Below are positions 18,912 to 28,060 of a DNA stretch of 64,000 nt, one piece after another. The position numbers and the translations under genes were made by a program. Numbering within the stretch: position 1 is the stretch's first letter; every line of letters begins with the position of its first letter. The DNA is from Tissierellia bacterium. GTDB taxonomy: Bacteria; Bacillota; Clostridia; Tissierellales; Peptoniphilaceae. The notes beneath the pieces were generated by a model. That model was not told where the DNA came from and ran no database searches. It was given only the letters and a program-made list of their open reading frames with translations. The DNA is taken from the NCBI GenBank assembly GCA_030529425.1, contig JAUMWX010000004.1:78629-142628 (forward strand), read 5' to 3'.

Positions 18912-19556
18912 TTATTTATTACTGACGAGTTTATAACTTTCATCAACTAAATCTTTGATATTTTCAATATCCGAATTTTTATCCAAAATTACTGTTATCC
19001 AATGTCTTTTGTTCATATGATATGCAGGAAAATACATCTTAAAATCAATAAGTCTTTCTATTTTCTCAGGATTCAACTTTAAATTTATAATTTCTACGCT
19101 TCCGTTATCATTGATCCCAAGTGATTTTTTCTTTATTTCCATTATAATTCCAAACCATCTTCCATTATCCAAATTCAGTGTTATAGATTCATCATCCCAG
19201 GGAAATCTCGGATTTGTGCCATATTTAGCAGCTACATATTCAAGTATTTGTCGCATAATGTCAATCTTATCAAAACATTTATCTAAAATATCCGTTGAAA
19301 TTTCATTAATCTTTTCCCTAAGTTCAGAAATAAAACTACCTGAAAAACTCGATATTTCAAATGGAAAATACTCCTCTTTCCCGGGTTCTTCATATACTTT
19401 AACTTCAATTTTTTCATCTGAAATTCTAAATACTGCTAAAAAATTATGCTCAAATATTTCCCTTTCATATACTAAAATGTCTCCTTCAATTTTAAATCCA
19501 TATTTTAGAGCTTTTTCATTGTTGAATATATGTTTTGAATTGACGTTTAGTTTCAT
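18912..19556 (-). CDS. MmcQ/YjbR-family (DUF419) DNA-binding protein.
   Basis: C-terminal YHMNKRHWITVILD matches the MmcQ/YjbR signature. 214 aa. AGGGAG SD. Confidence 0.65.
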   Translation of the reverse strand: MKLNVNSKHIFNNEKALKYGFKIEGDILVYEREIFEHNFLAVFRISDEKIEVKVYEEPGKEEYFPFEISSFSGSFISELREKINEISTDILDKCFDKIDIMRQILEYVAAKYGTNPRFPWDDESITLNLDNGRWFGIIMEIKKKSLGINDNGSVEIINLKLNPEKIERLIDFKMYFPAYHMNKRHWITVILDKNSDIENIKDLVDESYKLVSNK

Positions 19557-19573
19557 ATTGCTCCCTTGAAGTT

Positions 19574-20045
19574 TTATATGTTATTTTTAGCTTTTTTCTC
19601 TATGTCAATATAAATTTTGTATATATCTTCCAAGTATTTGATTGGAAAAAATATATGCTGTTTGTTTTTTTTCCCTTCTGCAATTCCGAAATCTTCAAAT
19701 TCAAAATAATTAGTTCCTTTTTTATTAAAAACTTTTGCATGTGTATGTGCAATAGAATTTCTAATATGTCTTAATAAATTTTTTCCTTCTGCTTCGTTTT
19801 CCCTAGAAGTATGCATATATCTTTATTACTACACTTTTTTCCAAAATCCAATTCTTTAAAGGTTTAACTTGAAAATTTTCCTTTGTAATTTTGTCCAATT
19901 TTTTTACTCTTTTGGTAAATCGAGTAATATACTTACTAATCTCCCAATATTTTTTTGGAAATTTTTTCTCTAGAACCCAATCTAATATTTTTAATCAATT
20001 TGAAATATCATCAACACTATTCAAATCTTGAAAAAATTTGCTCAT
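19574..20045 (-). pseudogene. Disrupted HEPN-like gene (Rx4H motif RNSIAH). Three reading-frame segments are separated by an in-frame TGA and a +1 frameshift.
   Basis: Manual translation gives MSKFFQDLNSVDDISN(TGA)LKILDWVLEKKFPKKYWEISKYITRFTKRVKKLDKITKENFQVKPLKNWILEKSVVIKIYAYF(TAG), then a frame shift to MHTSRENEAEGKNLLRHIRNSIAHTHAKVF... (the track's 80-aa ORF 19574..19816). The first segment has a GAGGGGG SD 15 nt after the stop of the upstream membrane-protein gene. Confidence 0.4.
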
Positions 20046-20060
20046 TGAATTTACCCCCTC

Positions 20061-20630
20061 TCACATCAAAAACACTCTTATCAATACCATGGGCAAAAGA
20101 TAAAATATAAGTATTGAGGCTATTACTCCTCCCCATCTGAATTTTCTTTTTGGAAGGGAGTCAAAATTTGAGGCAAAAGGTGAACCTTTGTAAATATATA
20201 CTTTACATTCGGTTGTACAAACTTCTTGGGGTTTAAAGTTTATTTGAGGAGTTTCAAACTCAACTTCTTTTCCGTTTTCATCAGTATAGCGAACAACTAA
20301 AAAATACTCTTCCATCTCCGTATTTTTTGCTCTTTTTTTGTACTCCATTACATGGTCGATTACCATTGCATCAAAACTCTTTGATGATGAAGATATCTTG
20401 TCGTTCAAACTTCTCCAATAAATTGCTCTTGAAAACTGAAATATCAGTATCAGTGTAGGGATTGTACATAATGCATAAAATAACGGCATAATTTCAGAAC
20501 TGTAATTGCTTATCTTAATATAGATTGTAATTGCTATCAGAGGCAGAACTCCTCCCAAAAATACTTCTATAGGTTTTAATAAGTTTTCTCTTTCATAAAT
20601 ATATTTGATTTTAGATTTTGTTTTATCCAT
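20061..20630 (-). CDS. Membrane protein, unknown function (2 N-terminal TM, soluble beta-rich middle, C-terminal TM; DUF3592-like topology).
   Basis: 189 aa from MDKTKSK, with a GGGAGG SD. No recognisable catalytic motif. Likely co-transcribed with the downstream HEPN-like remnant. Confidence 0.45.
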   Translation of the reverse strand: MDKTKSKIKYIYERENLLKPIEVFLGGVLPLIAITIYIKISNYSSEIMPLFYALCTIPTLILIFQFSRAIYWRSLNDKISSSSKSFDAMVIDHVMEYKKRAKNTEMEEYFLVVRYTDENGKEVEFETPQINFKPQEVCTTECKVYIYKGSPFASNFDSLPKRKFRWGGVIASILIFYLLPMVLIRVFLM

Positions 20631-20861
20631 AGTATTTTGTCCTCCCACATCTTAAGACAATCATATTCCAAAATGTTTTTTTGTTAAATTTATTATATCA
20701 AAAACATATATTTTGATAAAATTTTATACATAATTAAAATCAAAAGTTCTAAAAAATCTGCCGAGAATAAACTCAATTGATATTTTAGAACTAAATCATA
20801 AACAACAATAATGTGAGAGCTGTTTTATAAGCTTTACCTACTAATTTTTATAAATAGATAA

Positions 20862-20889
20862 ATTAAAAAGACTCGCGAACGAGTCTTTA
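20862..20889 (-). terminator. Rho-independent terminator of atoE (stem AAAGACTCG/CGAGTCTTT, T-run on the minus strand).
   Basis: GACTCGCGAACGAGTC perfect hairpin 3 nt after the atoE stop, followed on the minus strand by TTTTT. Confidence 0.7.
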
Positions 20890-20892
20890 AAT

Positions 20893-22242
20893 CTAAATAA
20901 ATAACAGAGCAACTGAAATTAAGATACCTGTATACAGCAATACCATCAAACAGTATCCCATGATGTCTTTTGCACCAAGCTTAGCAACTCCTAGAGCAGG
21001 TAATGCCCAGAATGGTTGAATCATGTTTGTCCAAGCATCTCCCCAAGACAATGCAAGTGCAGTCTTAGCAGGATCAACTCCCAAAGCAACTGAAGATTTT
21101 AACATTATAGGTCCTTGAACAGCCCATTGTCCACCACCTGAAGGTACGAAGAAGTTTACGATACCGGCAGACCAGAATGTAAATAATGGGAATGTTCTTT
21201 GGCTTGAAATAGATACAAACCAGTTTGAGATTTGAATAGCTAATGAAAGTCCGTCAGCGTTCTTACCTGTCATGATACCCATAATACCTGCATAGAACGG
21301 AAACTGAATTATAATTCCTCCCGCACCTTTTACAGCATCATTTATCGCTTTAACATAATTTATAGGATTAACGTGGAAAGCAAGTCCCAATACTAAAAAT
21401 ATCAGATTAACTATATTCAAGTTTAAGTCAAATCCTTTAGTATAGAAGTGCCAAGATAAATATGCAACTCCTATTGCGACAACTATGTATGATAGAATAA
21501 ATGAATTTTCCAATTTTTCAGCCGGAGTCATTTGTTTTTTATGTTTTACAACAATTTCTTCTTCTTTCAACAATTCAGGATCTACGGCAACTACATTTTC
21601 AGGATTTGGATGCATCATTTTATTGATTATAGGTAATGTCAAGATAATCAAGAAAGATACTATCAAATTCCACGGTGAAAAAATTGTTTTTTGAACCGGA
21701 ATAAGTTCCTTAATTAATCCATCTGAAAATTTTGTTAATTGGTCCATATTTGAATTTATTTGTAGTGGAATAGAACCTGAAATACCGTTATGCCATACTA
21801 CGAATCCTGAATAAGCGGAAGCTATTAAAAGTCTGTAATCCACACCTTTTACTCTTCTAGCCAATTCTTTAGCCAATAAAGCACCTACGATAAGACCAAA
21901 TCCCCAGTTAATCCAACAAGCTATACCGGAAACAAAAGATACCAACATAATTGCTTGAGTAGGTGTTTTTGCAACAGCCGAAATAGATGTTAAAACTTTT
22001 TTAATAGGTTTTGAACTTGCCAATGCATTACCCAAAACCAATACAAGCGCCATTTGCATTGAGAAACCTAAAAGTCCCCAAACACCATTTCCCCAGTGTT
22101 GAACCATTTCCAATGGTCCTTGACCGGTTCCAATCATTGCGAATACAAATGCTACAATTGTTAAAACTACACAAAATATGAACGCATCCGGAAGTAGTCT
22201 TTCAACCATACGCACACTCGCATTTGTCATTTTTTTAAACAT
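20893..22242 (-). CDS. atoE: Short-chain fatty acid transporter (AtoE family).
   Basis: 449 aa polytopic protein. The N-terminus (MFKKMTNASVRMVERLLPDAFIF...) and length are typical of AtoE. Downstream of the CoA-transferase subunits. Confidence 0.75.
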   Translation of the reverse strand: MFKKMTNASVRMVERLLPDAFIFCVVLTIVAFVFAMIGTGQGPLEMVQHWGNGVWGLLGFSMQMALVLVLGNALASSKPIKKVLTSISAVAKTPTQAIMLVSFVSGIACWINWGFGLIVGALLAKELARRVKGVDYRLLIASAYSGFVVWHNGISGSIPLQINSNMDQLTKFSDGLIKELIPVQKTIFSPWNLIVSFLIILTLPIINKMMHPNPENVVAVDPELLKEEEIVVKHKKQMTPAEKLENSFILSYIVVAIGVAYLSWHFYTKGFDLNLNIVNLIFLVLGLAFHVNPINYVKAINDAVKGAGGIIIQFPFYAGIMGIMTGKNADGLSLAIQISNWFVSISSQRTFPLFTFWSAGIVNFFVPSGGGQWAVQGPIMLKSSVALGVDPAKTALALSWGDAWTNMIQPFWALPALGVAKLGAKDIMGYCLMVLLYTGILISVALLFI

Positions 22243-22271
22243 GACATCCTCCTTAAATAATTAAAAATAAA

Positions 22272-22958
22272 TTATAATTCTTCCATGAAATCGTATTTTT
22301 CAGGAATAATAATTACCGCTTCAGTTTGAGCTTGCAATTCTTCAACTGTTACATCCTTGTTGATAGCCTTTAATACAAGCCCTTCTTTTGTAACTTTCAA
22401 AACACATAGTTCAGTTACAATCATGTCAACACATGCTTCTCCCGTAAGAGGAAGATTACATTTTTTAAGAATCTTATGTTCACCCTTTTGAGTGTGTTCC
22501 ATTGCTACTATACATTGTCTTGCGCCGGTTACCAAGTCCATTGCTCCTCCCATTCCCGGAACTATTTTACCCGGAACCTTGTAGTTTGCAATATTTCCTT
22601 TTTCATCAACTTGAAGTGCCCCAAGAATTGTGGCATCCAAATGTCCGCCTCTAACCAAACCGAATGAAGTACATGTATCAAAGAAAGCTCCACCAGGTAA
22701 AATTGATGAAGGCATTCCGCCCGCAGTAACAACATTAGGGTTATAAATCGGATCGTTTTCGTCCTTTGGAGCAGGTCCCATTCCTACATATCCGTTTTCC
22801 GAATGTAGAATAATTTGTACTCCTTCAGGTAAAAAGTTTGGCACTTTTGTCGGTAACCCGATTCCTAAATTAACCAAACCGCCATCAAGAATTGATGCAA
22901 CATTTTTTGCAATATAATTTTGTCTTGATACCTTATCAAAATTTTCAACCTTAGCCAT
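22272..22958 (-). CDS. atoA: 3-oxoacid/acetate CoA-transferase subunit B.
   Basis: 228 aa. GGHLDATILGALQVDEKGNIAN ... GMGGAMDLV are subunit B motifs. Confidence 0.85.
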   Translation of the reverse strand: MAKVENFDKVSRQNYIAKNVASILDGGLVNLGIGLPTKVPNFLPEGVQIILHSENGYVGMGPAPKDENDPIYNPNVVTAGGMPSSILPGGAFFDTCTSFGLVRGGHLDATILGALQVDEKGNIANYKVPGKIVPGMGGAMDLVTGARQCIVAMEHTQKGEHKILKKCNLPLTGEACVDMIVTELCVLKVTKEGLVLKAINKDVTVEELQAQTEAVIIIPEKYDFMEEL

Positions 22959-23611
22959 TATTTACCTCCATCAATAATGTAATCTATCAACACTCCAGAA
23001 ACCTTTACGACATTCGGATCAATCTCTCCGATTTCAACCAATTTCTTAGCATAAACTATGTTTATCTTTGACGCACCCGCCATAGGTACATTAAAGTTTT
23101 GTGTACTGCCGTCAAATACCATATTTCCGGCCTTATCCACCAAATCTGCTTGAAGTATTGATACATCTCCGTGTAATGCTTCTTCTAATATGTATTGCTT
23201 ACCTTTAATTTCAACAACTTCTCTGCCTTCTTGAACTTCAGTTCCAAGACCTGTAGGTGTAAGAATTCCTCCCAATCCGAAAGTTGCCGCTCTAATTTTT
23301 TCCGCCAATGTTCCTTGTGGATATAAATCTACGATTAATTCCCCTGCATTCAGTTGACGGCCTGTTTCTTTATTTGTACCTATGTGAGTAACCATTGCTT
23401 TTTTGAATTGCTTAGTTACAATCATCTTTCCAACTCCCTTGTCAACAAAAGATGTATCGTTGCATACAAGTGTCAAATCTTTTTTTCCTGAATCAACCAA
23501 TGCATCAATTAAGGGCTCCGGAGTTCCTACTCCCAAGAAACCTCCCACCATTAAGACGTCTCCATCTTTTATCATGTCAACAGCTTCTTTAATGCTAATT
23601 AATTTTGACAT
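22958..23611 (-). CDS. atoD: 3-oxoacid/acetate CoA-transferase subunit A.
   Basis: 217 aa. DGDVLMVGGFLGVGTPEPLIDAL is the subunit A N-terminal glycine-rich motif. GGAGGAGG SD. Stop/start overlap with atoA. Confidence 0.85.
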   Translation of the reverse strand: MSKLISIKEAVDMIKDGDVLMVGGFLGVGTPEPLIDALVDSGKKDLTLVCNDTSFVDKGVGKMIVTKQFKKAMVTHIGTNKETGRQLNAGELIVDLYPQGTLAEKIRAATFGLGGILTPTGLGTEVQEGREVVEIKGKQYILEEALHGDVSILQADLVDKAGNMVFDGSTQNFNVPMAGASKINIVYAKKLVEIGEIDPNVVKVSGVLIDYIIDGGK

Positions 23612-23854
23612 AGCTCCTCCTCCATAAATTTATTTGTAAACATTTACATTTTGATGTTATAAAATAAACATGTATTAGTCAATAGTTTCTCATCCTTAAT
23701 ACAATTTATTTTACTATATTGTTAAAAAATATAAATACTCTATTTTAATTATTAATTATGCATAAATATTTATATCAACTTATTTGATATTTCTTAATTA
23801 TTTGTTTAAAATTTTCATGTTATACAACTTCAACAACTTGTACAATTTTCATTT

Positions 23855-23890
23855 AAAAAACCCTCAATATAAATATCGAGGGTTTCAAGA
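23855..23890. terminator. Bidirectional rho-independent terminator (CCCTCAATAT/ATATCGAGGG stem, one mismatch) flanked by A-runs and T-runs.
   Basis: AAAAAACCCTCAATATAAATATCGAGGGTTTCAAGATTTTTATTTTT. Lies 20 bp downstream of the PPIase gene end and upstream of the atoDAE promoter region. Confidence 0.6.
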
Positions 23891-23909
23891 TTTTTATTTT
23901 TCTAATATT

Positions 23910-24650
23910 TTATTCAACTATTACCTTTTCAATTTTTACATCTTCTAAAGGTCTGTCTTGGGCATTTCTTTGAACTTTAGATATTTTCAATACAACATCC
24001 ATTCCTTCAACAACATGTCCGAAAACAGTGTGTTTTCCATCCAAGTGGAATGCTCCTCCAACCTTTTCATAAAAATTGATAACTTCATCAGGATATCCAT
24101 TTTCCGCTCCGGCTTCTTTCATCTTTGAAATTATAGACGGATCGATTGAGTTGGTAGTAACTATAAAAAATTGCGAACCGTTTGTCTTAGGCCCTGCATT
24201 TGCCATTGATAAAGCTCCATAAAAATTTCTGTGATATACGCTTATTTCATCTTCAAAGGGTGCTCCATAAATACTTTCTCCTCCTCTTCCGGTACCTGTA
24301 GGATCTCCTCCTTGAATCATGAATCCTTCAATAACTCTATGAAAAATCACTCCTTCATAGTATCCGTTTTTTGCATGAGTTACAAAGTTCTCAACGGTTT
24401 TAGGTGCGGCATCCGGAAACAATATAAACTTTATATCGCCCATGGTAGTTTTCATGGTTACCTTTACATTTCCTTGTTTATATCCTTCTTCTTGGTTTAA
24501 TTTTACCATCTCTCTTTTTTCTCCTTTTTGATCTTTACCTGTTTCCTCTTTTTTATTCTCCACTTTTTTGTCTTCATCTTTTTTGTTTGGTGAACATGCA
24601 GATAAAGCAAGTGAAAAAACTAATAATAAAAATAATAATTTTCTCTTCAT
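23910..24650 (-). CDS. ppiB: Cyclophilin-type peptidyl-prolyl cis-trans isomerase, lipoprotein.
   Basis: Lipobox LALSAC after [15 protein letters not shown]-rich linker, then the cyclophilin core [26 protein letters not shown]. Start placed at M14 with a GGAGGA SD. Confidence 0.85.
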   Translation of the reverse strand: MKRKLLFLLLVFSLALSACSPNKKDEDKKVENKKEETGKDQKGEKREMVKLNQEEGYKQGNVKVTMKTTMGDIKFILFPDAAPKTVENFVTHAKNGYYEGVIFHRVIEGFMIQGGDPTGTGRGGESIYGAPFEDEISVYHRNFYGALSMANAGPKTNGSQFFIVTTNSIDPSIISKMKEAGAENGYPDEVINFYEKVGGAFHLDGKHTVFGHVVEGMDVVLKISKVQRNAQDRPLEDVKIEKVIVE

Positions 24651-24715
24651 CGTTCCTCCAAGTTTTTTATCTCTTAATAAGAGTAACAAAAAAGAACTGA
24701 AATTCCAAATTTAAA

Positions 24716-25951
24716 TTATCTGTTTCCGTTTGGAAATATATTTATGTCCGGTATGGTTTTCGGAAATTTTGAAACATTCAAAAGAGATGCAAATGTTATT
24801 GAAGTCTCACCAAAATTTTTTCTTATACTAAATAGGGCATCATCCAAATTTTCTTTTTTTATCCTGTATGAATAATCCTCCAAGAAACATAATTGCGTAT
24901 CCGACAGATTATCAATAAGCTTGAAAGTTCTGATGCTTAAAGCTCTTACCGGCATGTTCCAAGTATATTTTCTTCTGAATAAATTAAATGCTTTCTCAGC
25001 CAAAATATTTGAGGATTGAGTAAACATATTAATATCCTCCTGAAAATTGTGATAGTTCAACCTGCTGTCTCTTATATATATTTGAATTCCTCCGGCTTTT
25101 ACCGAATGCTTTCGAAGTCTGTTTGAAATCTTGAAAGAAAGTAATCTCAAAACTGAAAACACTTCATCATTATTTATAAGATCTTCGGAACATGTACTTC
25201 CATTGCCTATACTTTTCATCGGCTCTTTATAATTTAAATCCGCAACCTCCGAATCATCCAATCCGTTAGCATAGTTCAAAAGTTTTATGCCGTTTATCCC
25301 AAACTTTCTACCTATAAAATCACGACTTGTTCTTGCCAAATCACCTATTGTGTGGATCCCATAATAATTAAATTTCTTTCCGGTTGATTTTCCAACTCCT
25401 AAAAGCTCCTCGACCTTTAATTTCCAAATCAGTTCTTTAAATTCATTTTTGGATATCTCGGTAACTGCATCCGGCTTTTTCATATCACTTCCCAGCTTGG
25501 CAAAAACTTTATTGAAACTTACCCCTATACTCACCGTAATTCCCAGCTCAGTTTTTATCCTTTTCCTTATTTTTTCGGCGATGTCAATACCGCTTCCATG
25601 CAGCTTTTGAGAACCGGAAACATCCAACCAACACTCATCAAGGCCGAATGCCTCAACTTGATTGGTATAATCGTAATATATATTTCTTGCCATTTTGGAA
25701 TATTTCAGATACTCTTGGTAATGCGGCTCAACAATAATCAGATTGGGACATTTTCTCAAGGCTTGCCATACCGTTTCTCCGGTCTGTACGCCGTAATATT
25801 TCGCCTCTTGAGATTTGGCAAGAACTATTCCGTGTCTGTTTTTAATCGATCCGCAAACCGCAATCGGTTTATTTTTTAATTTTGGATTTAATTTTGCCTC
25901 AATAGAAGCATAACAATTGTTCATATCTGCATGTAAAATCACTCTATCCAT
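24716..25951 (-). CDS. Y-family DNA polymerase (DinB/UmuC-like translesion polymerase).
   Basis: MDRVILHADMNNCYASIE ... GLDECWLDVS match the Y-family palm motifs. Start placed at M32 with a GAGGT SD. Divergent from the XRE/ImmA pair. Confidence 0.8.
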   Translation of the reverse strand: MDRVILHADMNNCYASIEAKLNPKLKNKPIAVCGSIKNRHGIVLAKSQEAKYYGVQTGETVWQALRKCPNLIIVEPHYQEYLKYSKMARNIYYDYTNQVEAFGLDECWLDVSGSQKLHGSGIDIAEKIRKRIKTELGITVSIGVSFNKVFAKLGSDMKKPDAVTEISKNEFKELIWKLKVEELLGVGKSTGKKFNYYGIHTIGDLARTSRDFIGRKFGINGIKLLNYANGLDDSEVADLNYKEPMKSIGNGSTCSEDLINNDEVFSVLRLLSFKISNRLRKHSVKAGGIQIYIRDSRLNYHNFQEDINMFTQSSNILAEKAFNLFRRKYTWNMPVRALSIRTFKLIDNLSDTQLCFLEDYSYRIKKENLDDALFSIRKNFGETSITFASLLNVSKFPKTIPDINIFPNGNR

Positions 25952-25976
25952 AATTACCTCATTGACATTACACGCA

Positions 25977-26028
25977 ATTTTAGCTAAAATATGCGTAAGA
26001 TATTTTCTATATATTATATTACGCATAT
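25977..26028. promoter_or_regulatory. Operator-like palindromes in the divergent promoter between the Y-family polymerase and the XRE regulator.
   Basis: Perfect 14-bp palindrome ATTTTAGCTAAAAT (about 25977-25990). 10-bp inverted repeat ATATGCGTAA ... TTACGCATAT (about 25989-25998 and 26019-26028). No Cheo (GAAC-N4-GTTC) box seen. Confidence 0.45.
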
Positions 26029-26087
26029 TACTTTCTATAGTCAAGCATTATTTTAAAATGCGAAACTTACTTTCTTTGGGAGGCTTT

Positions 26088-26483
26088 ATGAACTTTGGGG
26101 AAAAATTAAAAAATCTGAGAGATAAACATAATCTAACTCAACAGGATTTGGCAAAAAAACTTAATGTTTCTTTAAGGACAATTACAAATTATGAAACGGG
26201 AGGAATGAGACCTAAAAGTAGAGATATTTACTATAAAATGTCCGAAATTTTTGATATAAATGTAAACTATCTGCTTACAGAAGAAGAAGATTTTATTTTT
26301 AAAGCAAAGGATAAATTCGGAAATAAAGGAAAATCGGATGCGGAAGAGATCCTTAGAAGTGTAATAGGTCTTTTTGCGGGAGGAAAATTGGATGAAGAAG
26401 ATAAAAAAGCAGTTTTTGAAGCCATTCAGGAAGCGTACTTCATATCCAAATTAGAAAATAAAAAATATTCAAAGAAGGACTAA
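26088..26483 (+). CDS. XRE-family HTH transcriptional repressor.
   Basis: MNFGEKLKNLRDKHNLTQQDLAKKLNVSLRTITNYETG is a classic XRE/Cro HTH. GGGAGG SD. The track ORF was trimmed to M58. Confidence 0.8.
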   Translation: MNFGEKLKNLRDKHNLTQQDLAKKLNVSLRTITNYETGGMRPKSRDIYYKMSEIFDINVNYLLTEEEDFIFKAKDKFGNKGKSDAEEILRSVIGLFAGGKLDEEDKKAVFEAIQEAYFISKLENKKYSKKD

Positions 26484-26484
26484 A

Positions 26485-27000
26485 ATGAATTTTTATGACA
26501 GAATATTTAAAGATGCCCTACTTCTGAAAAAAAAATATTGCACAAATGACCCACACATGATTTTAAAAGAACGAGGAGTTAGGTTAATCCCTTTTTCCAA
26601 AAATACTAAACTTTTAGGCATGTATAAAATAATAAAAAGAAATCGTTTTGTATTCTATAATCCGTTTATAGATAAAAACATGTTAAAAATGGTCCTTGCT
26701 CATGAGTTGGGACATGATTTATATCATAGAAAAGAAGCGAAAAAAAATGATATTCCCGAATTTACTCTCTTCGACATAAATACCGATATGGAATATGAAG
26801 CAAACCTGTTTGCCGCAAATCTTTTATTGGATGAAAACGAAATTATATCTCACGCCAATATGGGATATACTTATATTCAAATCGCAAAAATTATGAATGT
26901 GAACATAAATCTGTTGTTGTTCAAGTTGAATGAAATGAAAAAAAAAGGATTGAAATTAAACCATTTTGACTATAAGATAAATATCTTTGAAAACATTTAG
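26485..27000 (+). CDS. ImmA/IrrE-family zinc metallopeptidase (DUF955, COG2856).
   Basis: HEXXH motif HELGHDLYH. Start lies 1 nt after the XRE stop, indicating translational coupling. Confidence 0.8.
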   Translation: MNFYDRIFKDALLLKKKYCTNDPHMILKERGVRLIPFSKNTKLLGMYKIIKRNRFVFYNPFIDKNMLKMVLAHELGHDLYHRKEAKKNDIPEFTLFDINTDMEYEANLFAANLLLDENEIISHANMGYTYIQIAKIMNVNINLLLFKLNEMKKKGLKLNHFDYKINIFENI

Positions 27001-27007
27001 TAATAAA

Positions 27008-27047
27008 ATATATCCCGAGATAATTTTAAAATTGTTTCGGGATATAT
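27008..27047. terminator. Bidirectional terminator (ATATATCCCGAG ... TTTCGGGATATAT hairpin).
   Basis: Hairpin between the convergent ImmA gene (plus strand) and the DagK gene (minus strand). T-rich on both sides. Confidence 0.6.
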
Positions 27048-27071
27048 TTCGTTTTGAAAGAATTTTATTTG

Positions 27072-27965
27072 TTATTCTATTGTTCCGTAGAATTCTATTT
27101 TTGATTCTATAATATTAATTTCTACAGGTAACTGAGGTCCTTCATCTCCATCAATATCGGTAGGAATTTCCCTGTGATCAAGAGACTCAATCTTTACTTT
27201 CTTTGCTCTCAAATGCTTTATATTGTCATTTTTTTCCAATTTTCCAAATACGGCATCACTTGCGGTACTGACCTTATCAAGGAAATTGGAGCTTGTTAAA
27301 ATATATATATTCGCATAGCCGTCATCCAAGTCCGAATCCACATCCGAAAACTTGAATCCTCCAAATCTGTTTGTAAGAGTAATTATCAAATGGTCAACTT
27401 CCCCTTCAAAAACTTCATCTTCAGTGGTTACTTTAACTTTGTAATCATTGCCGACCCCGATATTTTTAATTATATTAATCAAGTAAGCAAACATTCCAAA
27501 TTTCGTCTTATCTTCACTGGATACATCGTGTACCGACTCGGGAATGGCACCTATACTGAACGAAATGCTGAAACATTTGTCGGCTATCTCCGCAATATCC
27601 AATTTTTGAGTTTCATCAAAATTAATTTTTTCAATTGCATCCGTCGGATTTTGCGGAATTCCAAGCATTTTAGAAAGTATGTTTCCCGTTCCTCCCGGTA
27701 TGATGATCAACTTTGGAACATGTGTTTCATTTTTTAATCCTCTGAATATTTCATTCAGCGTCCCGTCTCCACCAACCGAACAGATTGCTTCATATTTTTC
27801 ACGACAAGCCCTTTTTGCAAATTCTACGGCGTCAAGAGCTTTTTCCGTAAAAATAATATCAACATCATCAAATTTTTGGCTTAATTTTTCTTTCAATGGC
27901 TCTTGAAGATTCTCATTATTAGAATCTCCGGAGTTAGGGTTGATAACAACCAAAACTTTACTCAT
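27072..27965 (-). CDS. Diacylglycerol kinase-family lipid kinase (DagK/YegS-like).
   Basis: LVVINPNSGDS ... CSVGGDGTLNEI ... IIPGGTGNI are the DAGK_cat glycine-rich motifs. Start placed at M5 with a GGGGG SD. Confidence 0.8.
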   Translation of the reverse strand: MSKVLVVINPNSGDSNNENLQEPLKEKLSQKFDDVDIIFTEKALDAVEFAKRACREKYEAICSVGGDGTLNEIFRGLKNETHVPKLIIIPGGTGNILSKMLGIPQNPTDAIEKINFDETQKLDIAEIADKCFSISFSIGAIPESVHDVSSEDKTKFGMFAYLINIIKNIGVGNDYKVKVTTEDEVFEGEVDHLIITLTNRFGGFKFSDVDSDLDDGYANIYILTSSNFLDKVSTASDAVFGKLEKNDNIKHLRAKKVKIESLDHREIPTDIDGDEGPQLPVEINIIESKIEFYGTIE

Positions 27966-28009
27966 ATATCCCCCCAATAATTTACTTTAATTGAATTATA
28001 GCATAAATT

Positions 28010-28054
28010 GCCCATAAATATAAAATGTGAGTATAGATCCGAATCCATACTCAC
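28010..28054 (-). terminator. Rho-independent terminator of the ABC exporter operon (GTGAGTAT/ATACTCAC stem).
   Basis: 8-bp stem with a 12-nt loop a few bp downstream of the ABC gene stop at 28061. T-rich on the minus strand. Confidence 0.5.
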
Positions 28055-28060
28055 TATTTG

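Noticed and set aside
18713-18946. 77-aa ORF spanning the PadR start and the MmcQ end.
   Set aside because: It bridges an intergenic terminator region and two real genes. It has no SD and is an AT-rich artefact.
25952-26087. Search for a Cheo box (GAAC-N4-GTTC, LexA) upstream of the Y-family polymerase.
   Set aside because: I found no GAAC-N4-GTTC match in the divergent promoter. Control is more plausibly by the adjacent XRE/ImmA pair.
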